Source of the DNA: Ruminococcus albus 7 = DSM 20455
Lineage (GTDB): Bacteria > Bacillota > Clostridia > Oscillospirales > Ruminococcaceae
Direction: 5' to 3'
Length of the DNA stretch: 32,000 nt
Assembly: GCF_000179635.2 (NCBI RefSeq)
Contig: NC_014833.1
Coordinates: 1,920,001-1,952,000 of the forward strand
The position numbers and the translations under genes are program-made. Shown piece by piece: positions 17,894 through 25,677 of the stretch (position 1 is the stretch's first letter; each line of letters opens with the position of its first letter). Under the pieces are notes generated by a model that had not been told where the DNA came from, did no database searches, and was given only the letters and a program-made list of their open reading frames with translations.

Positions 17894-18373
17894 ATGAGGA
17901 TCGTTGTTTTTTCTGATACACACGGCAATTACGCCGCTATGCATAAAATAATCAAGCGCAATGGTGATGCCGATCTGTTCGTGTTTCTTGGCGACGGTCT
18001 TTCGGAATTCCGCAAGTTGAAAGCGCATTATCTTGATAATACTATGATATGCGTAAAAGGCAATTGTGATTATGATAAGGAACTTCCTGAAAGTATGGTA
18101 TACGTACTGCCTGACGGCAAGCGTATGTTTCTTGCCCACGGTGATAAGTGGGGGGTAAATTTCTCGGTTGAGAATATTTACGAGAAAGCCAAGGAAGAGG
18201 AATGTCAGTTTGCACTTTTTGGTCATACTCACAAGCGCTTTTATGAACAGCGCGGTACTATGATGATACTGAATCCCGGTAGTGCCGGTCAGCCGCGTGA
18301 CGGTAAACCGCCTTGTTATGCATGGCTTGATATAACCCCTATGGGTGTTATATATAATTACGTTGATCTGTGA
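17894..18373 (+). CDS. yfcE: YfcE/MJ0936-family metallophosphoesterase
   Basis: Motifs present: RIVVFSDTHGN, FLGDG, VKGNCD, LFGHTH, NPGS. I prefer the ATG at 17894 (GGGGGGA 9 nt upstream) to 17876. Confidence 0.8.
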   Translation: MRIVVFSDTHGNYAAMHKIIKRNGDADLFVFLGDGLSEFRKLKAHYLDNTMICVKGNCDYDKELPESMVYVLPDGKRMFLAHGDKWGVNFSVENIYEKAKEEECQFALFGHTHKRFYEQRGTMMILNPGSAGQPRDGKPPCYAWLDITPMGVIYNYVDL

Positions 18374-18377
18374 TCAG

Positions 18378-18406
18378 GGACGCACTTGTCGGTGCGTTCT
18401 TTTTTA
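18378..18406 (+). terminator. Rho-independent terminator after yfcE
   Basis: GGACGCAC / TTGTCG / GTGCGTTC, followed by TTTTTTATTT. Confidence 0.8.
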
Positions 18407-18476
18407 TTTCTGTGATACTAACCGTCCCGATCGTTTGATATATTATATGCAGTGATGATAAGATTGTGAACCACAT

Positions 18477-18516
18477 ACCAAAAATGTCCGCACAACACTG
18501 TGCGGACATTTTTGGT
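18477..18516. terminator. Bidirectional terminator (18-bp perfect palindrome) downstream of the GGDEF gene
   Basis: ACCAAAAATGTCCGCACA (18477-18494), a 4-nt loop ACAC, then TGTGCGGACATTTTTGGT (18499-18516). A/T runs form part of both arms. Confidence 0.8.
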
Positions 18517-18604
18517 AGTTATTGTTCTTATGAAATTTATTTTCTTGATGTACAGGAAAACCGAGTATTCTTAATAATTCTGAAATCTATCATCCACTGC
18601 TATT

Positions 18605-20467
18605 TCAGTCCCTGATTGCGTGATTACGGCGTTTGCATTCGTACATTTTTTTATCGGCTTCTTTCATAGAAATTTCTATATTTTCACGATCGGTAACTTT
18701 TAGGCTTGTACCACCTATACTGATACTGAGTGTGAATGGCATTGTTTTCTCGGAATTTATCTTTTCAATTTCGGATTCAACGCTTTTTATATAAGCATCT
18801 GCGGTGTTTGTATCATCTTTTTCAGGTATGACTACGATAAATTCATCACCGCCGAACCTTGCACAAACCGAGTCCTTTCCGGATGTGCTGCTGATCAACA
18901 TAGCTGCAGTGAGTATCGCTCTGTCTCCTGCATAGTGTCCGAAGTTATCATTTATATATTTCAGTCTGTCAAGATCTATCGAGAACAGAGTGTAATTAGT
19001 TGTTCCGCTTTCTGTCAGTTCACTCATCCTCATATAGAAGCCCCTGCGGTTGTATATTCCTGTCATCGGGTCGCGCATATGCATATCAGCAACTTTTTCG
19101 TAGGCTTTTTGAAGCTGCATATTTGTTTTTAAGGTTTCAAATATCTGATTGGTATTACTTATGAATCTATGCGTAAACAGAAAATCAAAACTTTCGCTGT
19201 CCATAGCTACAGTTAAATAACCCATTTTTCCACCATGGTAGCTTAAAGGGGCTATAAGCAGTGAATTATGTTCATCAAAGACTTTATCAAGATCAGGAAG
19301 TATATCCTTTTGTTGAAAAGGAATATTGTACGTATATGTATCAGGATAAAACTTACCAAGGTTATTGCCGCTGTGCATAAACATCGTCATTTCACCTGTT
19401 GATGCAGTGCTTTCTATGTTTTTATCATCCCCGTCGTAAAGCAGCTGAGGTTCGATACAAACCCATGTAGGAAATTCACAGTAATATGGCATGAGTCTTG
19501 CAAAGCTGTCATAGCTGTAAAGTTCGCCTGTATGTGAGTTGTACTCGAACATTCGCCTCTCGTGACGTTCATAGTTCTTTTTTTCTATAAAAAGTTCAAT
19601 GAGCTTGTTGATCCTACCGGCTTCATCAACAGGTTTGCATCCGCAGGATTGAGATATCCTGAGGGAATAGTCTATCACAGCTAATCTTTCCGACGGCGTT
19701 TTTCCGTTCATTAGTTCTTCCAGCAGATCCATGGTTTTTCTGCTCATACCATCGATATCGCAGGCAGCGGTGGTAATCCGTGGAACTACATATTTCTCTT
19801 CCTCGATGCCGTCAAATCCGCTTATTATCACTTCATCAGGTAAGCTGATACCTTTATTCCTTAGATAATCTACGCAGGTCATGGCTTCGGCATCGTTTAC
19901 ACAGATTATTGCATCAGGCGGTTCCTGCTCACCGTTATAGAATTTATCAAGCACTGCGAGTGTCGGAGTTTCCCAGAAATCACCGTATCCAAATCTCTCG
20001 GGCTCAAATTCTCTGCCGTTTTCAGCAAGTACTTTTTTGAATACATTCAGCCTTTCTTCTGAGAAGCTATTGTTTCTCTTGCCGCCGATAAAGTTTATTA
20101 TTTTTGGTTTATGTACCTCTATAATATGTCTGACTACCTTTTCAAATGACTTTCCGTAGCTGAAGGTGACACTGACACAGTCTGGAACATCTCTGTCAAC
20201 ACATACAAATGGTATACCGGTAGCTTTTGCACGATCAAGAACTTTTTCCCACAGAGAAATGCTCTTTATGCTTTCCGGCATAAGTACAAGCCCGTCAAAC
20301 ACGGGTGAATCCATCATTTGGAATATCTCAGACTCAGCAGGGCTGTAATCTTCTATCTCGTAATATGTATAATTTGATATTACTATTGTCTTATATCCAC
20401 GCGATTCGGCTTCCCGAGCCAGAGAGATCATTGTGTGCTGGCTCCTGTATCGTGTATACCGGCGCAT
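18605..20467 (-). CDS. Diguanylate cyclase with an N-terminal LacI-type periplasmic-binding-protein-like sugar-binding domain; the 5' end is frameshifted
   Basis: The C-terminal GGDEF domain has GIYNRRGF and RFGGDEFIVV. The N-terminal two thirds have the PBP type 1 pattern (VFDGLVLMP, IPFVCVDRD, KIINFIGG, SEERLNVFKKVL, DAIICVNDAEAM, LPDEVIISGFDG). I see no TM or signal peptide. The apparent true start is at 20499 in another frame (next feature). Confidence 0.8.
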   Translation of the reverse strand: MRRYTRYRSQHTMISLAREAESRGYKTIVISNYTYYEIEDYSPAESEIFQMMDSPVFDGLVLMPESIKSISLWEKVLDRAKATGIPFVCVDRDVPDCVSVTFSYGKSFEKVVRHIIEVHKPKIINFIGGKRNNSFSEERLNVFKKVLAENGREFEPERFGYGDFWETPTLAVLDKFYNGEQEPPDAIICVNDAEAMTCVDYLRNKGISLPDEVIISGFDGIEEEKYVVPRITTAACDIDGMSRKTMDLLEELMNGKTPSERLAVIDYSLRISQSCGCKPVDEAGRINKLIELFIEKKNYERHERRMFEYNSHTGELYSYDSFARLMPYYCEFPTWVCIEPQLLYDGDDKNIESTASTGEMTMFMHSGNNLGKFYPDTYTYNIPFQQKDILPDLDKVFDEHNSLLIAPLSYHGGKMGYLTVAMDSESFDFLFTHRFISNTNQIFETLKTNMQLQKAYEKVADMHMRDPMTGIYNRRGFYMRMSELTESGTTNYTLFSIDLDRLKYINDNFGHYAGDRAILTAAMLISSTSGKDSVCARFGGDEFIVVIPEKDDTNTADAYIKSVESEIEKINSEKTMPFTLSISIGGTSLKVTDRENIEISMKEADKKMYECKRRNHAIRD

Positions 20468-20499
20468 ACGATCCCTATGACCTTATGCTTTTTGCTCAT
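20428..20499 (-). pseudogene. Detached N-terminal 23 codons of the GGDEF/PBP protein, in a different frame
   Basis: GGGGG RBS lies 8 nt upstream of the ATG at 20499. The ORF reads MSKKHKVIGIVCAGIHDTGASTQ*, and KVIGIVCAGIHD is the expected first beta-strand of a PBP-type domain. The main ORF frame continues ...YRSQHTMISLAREAESRGY. The two frames differ by a 1-nt indel near 20446. Confidence 0.55.
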
Positions 20500-20586
20500 A
20501 GTTTCTGCCCCCTTGGAAAAATAGTGTAACAGAAATGCAGTACAGATCATATCTGCAAAGATAGTGGTTGTTATCTGATTTGATCA

Positions 20587-21129
20587 TCAATAATGTCTTA
20601 GTTTTCGGATATAAGCGAAAGTTTTGCGTTCGCCTTTGTTTTTAAGCATCACCAGAAGCTTTTCCAGAAGTGCTGAAGTTTCAGGATGTATCATACGGGT
20701 CTTTTTACCTTTCATGAAATATGCCAGCGCAGAACCGTTGTTATAATTATCTTTCATATAGATCTTGCTTGCAGCTACACGGTCGCAGAACATTTCCTTT
20801 ACATATTTCAGAGGCATCTTAACAGGGCTCATCAGCCTGGTTACCGGGTCATAGTCAGTCCAGTATTCAAAATGATGTTTGTTGCGTCCCTTATGGTGCA
20901 TCCACGCGTATGAGAATCCATATTCATCTCTCTCGCCTTCGTGTGGAGAACGTGTACCTTGGAAATATTTTACACCATAAGAGAATTCCTCAATTGAAAA
21001 CTTGGAAAGATCATGTGTGAGTCCCTGCAGCGGTATACCTGCACGGAAACAGTTTTTCATGACCTCATGTCTGTGACGTGTGACTGTCCTGAAATGCTTG
21101 ACGGCATTTTCACGGCTGACACTGTTCAT
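20587..21129 (-). CDS. DUF5662-like protein (family often mislabelled catalase)
   Basis: 180 aa. The pattern QGLTHDLSKFSIEEF...YFQGTRSP...GFSYAWMHHKGRNKHHFEYW matches my memory of that family. AAGGAAG RBS. Confidence 0.55.
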   Translation of the reverse strand: MNSVSRENAVKHFRTVTRHRHEVMKNCFRAGIPLQGLTHDLSKFSIEEFSYGVKYFQGTRSPHEGERDEYGFSYAWMHHKGRNKHHFEYWTDYDPVTRLMSPVKMPLKYVKEMFCDRVAASKIYMKDNYNNGSALAYFMKGKKTRMIHPETSALLEKLLVMLKNKGERKTFAYIRKLRHY

Positions 21130-21199
21130 ATCTGAACACTTCCTTAATGTTTCGTGATAGCTTTCGCGATTTTCGCATAATTCATTTTTTTCTCCATAT

Positions 21200-21228
21200 A
21201 TTATACCAAATAATGCTTCATTTGTAAA
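21200..21228 (-). promoter_or_regulatory. SigmaA-type promoter for the DUF5662-like gene
   Basis: On the - strand: TTTACA (21228-21223), a 17-nt spacer, then TATAAT (21205-21200) with a TGG extended -10. Confidence 0.55.
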
Positions 21229-21520
21229 GTGATTTTTGGCTTTTTTATTGAAATAAATTTAGGTAATTTCGCTTATATTTTTTTAAGTTTTCACATAATT
21301 ATCAAAAAAAAAGTGTATCCTAATAACAAGATAAAGAGAGGGCATGAAAGTCCTGTTGTAATGATAATAACTTTTTTTCATATATTTTTTCTCCAATTTC
21401 TCCACCTCTTCTTTCGTCTCGACCATGGTCTAAACTATGGCGGGACGGAGGAAAGCAGGCAGGATCGGATGAACGAGCAGATCCTCATATTTTTTCTTCA
21501 TATATACTTCTATACTTCGC

Positions 21521-21550
21521 AAAAGACCTCGACACAAGTCGAGGTCTTTT
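21521..21550 (-). terminator. Rho-independent terminator of the bio operon
   Basis: AAAAGACCTCGAC / ACAA / GTCGAGGTCTTTT is a 13-bp perfect stem, 15 nt past the bioA stop, with a T-run on the - strand. Confidence 0.85.
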
Positions 21551-21564
21551 GTTATAAGGCTAAA

Positions 21565-22767
21565 CTAAAAAGAGAACCATGCCTTCATGGTATCCAGTAT
21601 AGTTATGAGTTCACTGTCGTTTATTACATATGGAACCATTGCGTACATATATTTAAGGAAAGTCCTGCTGAATACTCCGTGCTCATAAGCAAATCTTCGG
21701 AATCCTTCCAGCACTTTACTGTCATATACCTCTATACATACACATCCTCCCATGATACGCACTTCTTTTACACGCGGATCGGAAAATCCTGACATTTCAC
21801 GGCGTGTAACTTCTTCGATATGGTGAATTCGTGAGATATAATCCTCACGATCAAACAGTTCTATAGACTTTAAAGCTGCACAGCAGGCAAGTGCATTTCC
21901 CATGAATGTCGGACCATGCATCAAAGCGTGTGTAGGATCGTCGCTTAAAAATCCTTCCCATACCTTTCGGTTAGCAACTGTTACAGCATGACCGATGTAT
22001 CCGCCTGTAAGCGCTTTTCCAAGCACAAGTATATCAGGTTGAACAAGATCAGCTACAAAACGGTTGCCTGTTCTGCCGAACCCTGTTGCAACTTCATCGA
22101 AGATCAGTAATACGTCATATTGATCACAAAGCTGTCTTGCTCTTTTTATAAAGCTGATATCATACATACGCATCCCACCCGCACCCTGAAGGAGAGGTTC
22201 GACTATAAAACAGGTCAGATGATTGCCGTGCTCTGTAAAAGTCCTTTCAAGGTCTGCTATCTTAGTTGGGATATGGATGACACCGCGTTTTTTCTCACCT
22301 TTGGCACCGAATGCAAAATGATAGTCCTCATCATCACCGACCTCCATAGCCTTGAAGGTATCTCCATGATATGCGTGTTCCAGCGCTAGTATCGTATTAC
22401 GATCAGAACCTCGATTTGTGTTGAACTGTAATGCCATTTTCAGTGCGACCTCTACTGCTACGCTTCCCGAATCCGAGAAAAAGCAGTAGTCGAGATCACC
22501 AGGCAGCCACGAAGCCAGTTTGTCGGATAGTTTTTGAACAGGCTCGTGAGTAAGCCCTCCCAGCATGATGTGTGCGAACTTATCCAGCTGATCTTTTATA
22601 GCTGCATTCATTTCAGGGTGATCATATCCGTGTATAACGCTCCACCATGAAGATACAGAATCTATAAGATCATGTCCGTCTTCTGTATATATGTGTACCC
22701 CATGTGCGTGAGATACTTTTATGGGAGCATCAAGTGTTTTCATCTGGGCATACGGATACCAGATCAT
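21565..22767 (-). CDS. bioA: Adenosylmethionine-8-amino-7-oxononanoate aminotransferase
   Basis: 400 aa. It starts MIWYPYAQMK and contains SSWWSVIHGYDHP, FFSDSGSVAVEVALKMA and LIFDEVATGFGRTG, the class-III aminotransferase / BioA signature. An ATGA overlap joins it to bioD. Confidence 0.88.
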   Translation of the reverse strand: MIWYPYAQMKTLDAPIKVSHAHGVHIYTEDGHDLIDSVSSWWSVIHGYDHPEMNAAIKDQLDKFAHIMLGGLTHEPVQKLSDKLASWLPGDLDYCFFSDSGSVAVEVALKMALQFNTNRGSDRNTILALEHAYHGDTFKAMEVGDDEDYHFAFGAKGEKKRGVIHIPTKIADLERTFTEHGNHLTCFIVEPLLQGAGGMRMYDISFIKRARQLCDQYDVLLIFDEVATGFGRTGNRFVADLVQPDILVLGKALTGGYIGHAVTVANRKVWEGFLSDDPTHALMHGPTFMGNALACCAALKSIELFDREDYISRIHHIEEVTRREMSGFSDPRVKEVRIMGGCVCIEVYDSKVLEGFRRFAYEHGVFSRTFLKYMYAMVPYVINDSELITILDTMKAWFSF

Positions 22768-23468
22768 ATGCCTTCACCTCTTTCGCTGAGTTTTATAATG
22801 TCTTCTGCGGATAAGCTTATATCCTTATCATTTTCGGCTACACAGGCGATAACGGGTATACCCGTTATTTCTTCGCACATAAACTTATTGTCCTCCTCCA
22901 TAGCATCACCTTTATGGAAGTTATTAAATATTATACCACGCTTCTCAAGTCCGTGAGTTTTCATGTACTCACAGGTCAGCACCACGCTGTTTATTGTGCC
23001 CAGTCCTGCATCTGCCACTATTACTGCAGGCAGGTCGAGTGTATTTATAATATCCTCAAGCATGATCTTTTTGTCATCATAACGTATGGGGCAGACAATA
23101 CCTCCACTGCCCTCGCATATGACGTATTTATATTTTTTGCAGAGTTTTTCATACTGAGTTTTGACGGTCGCGATTTCAACAGGGGAGCCCTCTGTCCTTG
23201 ATGCAAGATGAGGAGATACAGCAGCTTCGTAAACATAGGGGCACATTGAATCTATTGGCTGAGATATTCCAGATATCTCCTTTACATAGGCAGCATCACC
23301 TGGAATAAGTCTGCCCATATCGTCACGTCGGTTCCCGCTTACCGCTGCCTTGAAATAGGCAGTATCATAACCCGAGTCATGAAGCTTCTTTACCAACAGT
23401 GCTGTGACATAGGTTTTTCCGATATCTGTACCCGTACCTGTAATAAACAGCCCCTTATTCATTTTCAT
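22764..23468 (-). CDS. bioD: Dethiobiotin synthase
   Basis: 234 aa with the P-loop FITGTGTDIGKTYVT, and EGSGG. It sits between bioB and bioA. Confidence 0.85.
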   Translation of the reverse strand: MKMNKGLFITGTGTDIGKTYVTALLVKKLHDSGYDTAYFKAAVSGNRRDDMGRLIPGDAAYVKEISGISQPIDSMCPYVYEAAVSPHLASRTEGSPVEIATVKTQYEKLCKKYKYVICEGSGGIVCPIRYDDKKIMLEDIINTLDLPAVIVADAGLGTINSVVLTCEYMKTHGLEKRGIIFNNFHKGDAMEEDNKFMCEEITGIPVIACVAENDKDISLSAEDIIKLSERGEGI

Positions 23469-24429
23469 CTCTCCTGGTCTTATATCCGATACTGTGAAGC
23501 ATTTCTATGTCCTCACGTATACTGTTTCCTGATGTTGTCAGCATATCACCCGTAATAGCTGAATCAGCGCCCGATAGGAAAGCCTTTTTTCCGCACTCTG
23601 TCATAAGGTTTCGTCCTGCGGCAAGGCGTATATTTACATCAGGTAGGATGAATCGGAATATAGCTACTGTACGCAATATATCAGCCTCTGTGATTCGCTT
23701 AGTATTTTCCAGCTCAGTTCCTTTGATCGGTATAAGAGCATTTATCGGGACGGAGCTTACACCAAGTTCACTGAGTGTCAATGCCATATCTATACGGTCC
23801 TGCCAGTTTTCTCCCATGCCAATGATACCGCCTGAACATACCTCAAGACCTGCAGCCTTTGCTCTGTGAATACATTCCAGTTTATCATCAAAAGTATGAG
23901 TCGTGCATATATTTTTGAAATTTGATCTTGATGTTTCTATGTTTGCATGATACCATGTAACTCCTGCTTTTCGGAGCATTTCAAACTGTTCTTTTTCAAG
24001 CAGACCAAAAGAAGCACATAACCTTACATCGTTGTCGCGTGTAAGATTGCGGTAGGTCTCCAGTGCCTTTTCAAATTCCTCGCCGCTGAGTCTGCGTCCA
24101 GCAGTAACTATAGCAAATCTGTCAACACCCTGATTTTCATTATGATTACATTCCGCACTTATCGTACCTATATCAAGAAATCCATATTCCTCAATGCCTG
24201 TACAGTGATGTGCTGATTGAGCACAAAATTTGCAGTCCTCGGAGCAGCGTCCGCTTCTGCCGTTAATTATACTGCACAGATCAGCCTTATTGCCGCTGAA
24301 ATGCCTGCGTAGTTTATCAGCACATCCACATAATATTTCCAGTTCTGTATCAAGAAGAAAGCTAAGGTCATCTTCTTTGGTCAGCCTTTTTCCGTTTATT
24401 ATCTGTTCTGTAAGTTCTTTTATATTCAT
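23455..24429 (-). CDS. bioB: Biotin synthase (radical SAM)
   Basis: It has the CSEDCKFCAQS cluster motif and a downstream GMGE block. I prefer the ATG at 24429 (MNIKELTEQI), which overlaps the bioY stop as TAATG, to the upstream start at 24495. Confidence 0.88.
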   Translation of the reverse strand: MNIKELTEQIINGKRLTKEDDLSFLLDTELEILCGCADKLRRHFSGNKADLCSIINGRSGRCSEDCKFCAQSAHHCTGIEEYGFLDIGTISAECNHNENQGVDRFAIVTAGRRLSGEEFEKALETYRNLTRDNDVRLCASFGLLEKEQFEMLRKAGVTWYHANIETSRSNFKNICTTHTFDDKLECIHRAKAAGLEVCSGGIIGMGENWQDRIDMALTLSELGVSSVPINALIPIKGTELENTKRITEADILRTVAIFRFILPDVNIRLAAGRNLMTECGKKAFLSGADSAITGDMLTTSGNSIREDIEMLHSIGYKTRRDENE

Positions 24430-24989
24430 TATACATTTCCTTTCACATGAATTATAGGCATAAGACGTTTTGCCAATGCCGCTGAAATTATACACAACCC
24501 TATATCTCCCGGGACAGCAAGTACAAAGCAGTACAGGAACAAAGCACCGACACTTATCGAACTACGGAGATAGAATGCACTTATCATATAGTAATACAGC
24601 ATACCGAATGCGTATACAACTATAAGCCCGGCAAAGCAGGATGCAAGTATCCCGATGTAAGAATTCTTTCTGGTTTTGGATAGCGCTCCTGTGATGTAAG
24701 CGCCTGCTATGAATCCCATGAGGTATCCGAATGTTGGCTGTAAGATATAGCCTATCCCTCCTCCGCCGGTAAATACGGGAACGCCGGCAAGTCCGATGAT
24801 CACATAAAGTGAAACTGCAGCAGCACCTCTGTTCTTTCCGAGTATAAGTCCTGCCAGCGTGGTAAATAAGAACTGCAGTGTAAAAGGACAGACAGAAACT
24901 GGTATCCGTATATAAGCCCCTGCTGCTATAAGGGCTGTAAACAGGGCTGTTATTACCATGTTTTGTGTTTTGCTTTTATTTCTGATCAT
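24429..24989 (-). CDS. bioY: Biotin transporter S-component BioY
   Basis: It has about 6 hydrophobic helices, and the pattern PVSVCPFTLQFLFTTLAGLILG...GLAGVPVF is typical of BioY. I prefer the ATG at 24989 (GGAAG 5 nt upstream) to the GTG at 24995. Confidence 0.85.
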   Translation of the reverse strand: MIRNKSKTQNMVITALFTALIAAGAYIRIPVSVCPFTLQFLFTTLAGLILGKNRGAAAVSLYVIIGLAGVPVFTGGGGIGYILQPTFGYLMGFIAGAYITGALSKTRKNSYIGILASCFAGLIVVYAFGMLYYYMISAFYLRSSISVGALFLYCFVLAVPGDIGLCIISAALAKRLMPIIHVKGNV

Positions 24990-25009
24990 TATCACTTCCT
25001 TCTTACCCT

Positions 25010-25038
25010 ATTATAGCACTGAAAAACATATTTGTCAA
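25010..25038 (-). promoter_or_regulatory. Consensus sigmaA promoter of the bioYBDA operon
   Basis: On the - strand: TTGACA (25038-25033), exactly 17 nt, then TATAAT (25015-25010). The -10 lies about 20 nt upstream of the bioY ATG. Confidence 0.75.
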
Positions 25039-25062
25039 CCTTATAACTATAATAGGTAGACA
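25033..25062. promoter_or_regulatory. BirA-type biotin operator overlapping the -35 box
   Basis: The inverted repeat TGTCAACC-N14-GGTAGACA matches in 7 of 8 positions per arm. It fits the TGTxAACC-N14/15-GGTTxACA half-site pattern known for BirA operators. Confidence 0.65.
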
Positions 25063-25071
25063 ATAATAGCA

Positions 25072-25330
25072 GACCCCAGATAGCCCTTGCAACAGCTATT
25101 TCCGACTTACCGTTTCGACGTGGTATCGAGTACCCGAATTTGATGTGTACCCACAGCCCGTCATCATCGGTCGCCATGATATCATAGAGCATGGACTGCT
25201 GCCATTCCATAGTCTTACGACTGGACTGGTCATAAAGCAGTATAGCTTCGCCGCCTTTTGTCTGGGTATACGGCAGTACCACCGATTGTGTAGGAAACTG
25301 TCTGCCGATGCGCTTTTCAGCTTCGGGCAT
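25072..25330 (-). pseudogene. N-terminal fragment (~86 codons) of a phage terminase large subunit
   Basis: GGGAGG RBS. MPEAEKRIGRQFPTQSVVLPYTQTKGGEAILLYDQS...WQQSMLYDIMATDDDGLWVHIKFGYSIPRRNGKSEIAVARAIWGL matches the conserved N-terminus of a TerL family (FGYSVPRRNGK block). After ...WGL the frame runs into the bio operator and promoter, giving nonsense sequence and a stop at 24992. Confidence 0.6.
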
Positions 25331-25355
25331 ACAGTTCTACCTCCCTTATAGGTAT

Positions 25356-25386
25356 AAAAAAAGCACCTTGCTTTCGCTTGATGCTA
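25356..25386 (-). terminator. Hairpin plus U-run upstream of the terL fragment
   Basis: On the - strand: AGCAUCAAGC-GAAA-GCAAGGUGCU followed by UUUUUUU. The stem has a 2x2 internal loop. Confidence 0.45.
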
Positions 25387-25494
25387 GTCGTCTATGAACC
25401 CGCTTGTGTTACGTTCAATAATATCTAACATAGCGGTTATTTCCTCATCAGCCGCAGGAGGTGGCTTTGAGGTCGGCTCGGGTGATCTTGGCAT
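25384..25494 (-). CDS. Possible 36-aa ORF inside the phage fragment
   Basis: GGAGG RBS lies 7 nt upstream of the ATG at 25494. It reads MPRSPEPTSKPPPAADEEITAMLDIIERNTSGFIDD*. It is below the ORF-track size cutoff and has no recognised homology. Confidence 0.3.
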   Translation of the reverse strand: MPRSPEPTSKPPPAADEEITAMLDIIERNTSGFIDD

Positions 25495-25513
25495 TGTCTT
25501 TACCTCCGTTCGG

Positions 25514-25547
25514 GTATGAAAAAACCGCTCTCGGGTGAGGGCGGTTT
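25514..25547 (-). terminator. Rho-independent terminator after the 43-aa mini-ORF
   Basis: On the - strand: AAACCGCCCUCACCCGAGAGCGGUUU followed by UUUUUU. The stem is about 11 bp with a 4-nt loop. Confidence 0.7.
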
Positions 25548-25677
25548 AGTCTTCGTCTAAATAACTAAATTCATCGGACATCGAACGTTCTATTTCTTCT
25601 TCTGAAAGGCTCGCGATCCAAGTTTTAGAAGCCTCATTTTGATCGCCATCAAGCTGCCATTTTTTATTTTCATTCAT
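25546..25677 (-). CDS. Possible 43-aa acidic ORF overlapping the end of the MuF-JAB ORF
   Basis: Its ATG at 25677 overlaps the upstream stop (ATGAATGA context). It reads MNENKKWQLDGDQNEASKTWIASLSEEEIERSMSDEFSYLDED*. A terminator begins at its stop codon. Confidence 0.35.
   Translation of the reverse strand: MNENKKWQLDGDQNEASKTWIASLSEEEIERSMSDEFSYLDED

Noticed and set aside
21290-21500. Two small - strand ORFs (23 and 32-47 aa) and a hairpin (AGGATC...GATCCT) in the ~290 nt between the bioA terminator and the DUF5662 promoter
   Set aside because: The first two starts have no convincing RBS and there is no recognisable motif. I could not match the region to any riboswitch class by eye. It remains unassigned spacer.
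21229-21792. 187-aa + strand ORF spanning the bioA-DUF5662 intergenic region and the 3' end of bioA
   Set aside because: It has no RBS and a low-complexity Phe/Ile/His-rich product. It runs through the bioA terminator and antisense to a well-supported bioA. This is an AT-rich reading-frame artefact.
24992-25071. C-terminal 26 codons of the 112-aa ORF 24992..25330
   Set aside because: This tail (LLLSTYYSYKVDKYVFQCYNRVRRK) is read-through across the BirA operator and bio promoter. It begins after the terminase homology ends, so it is not genuine coding sequence.
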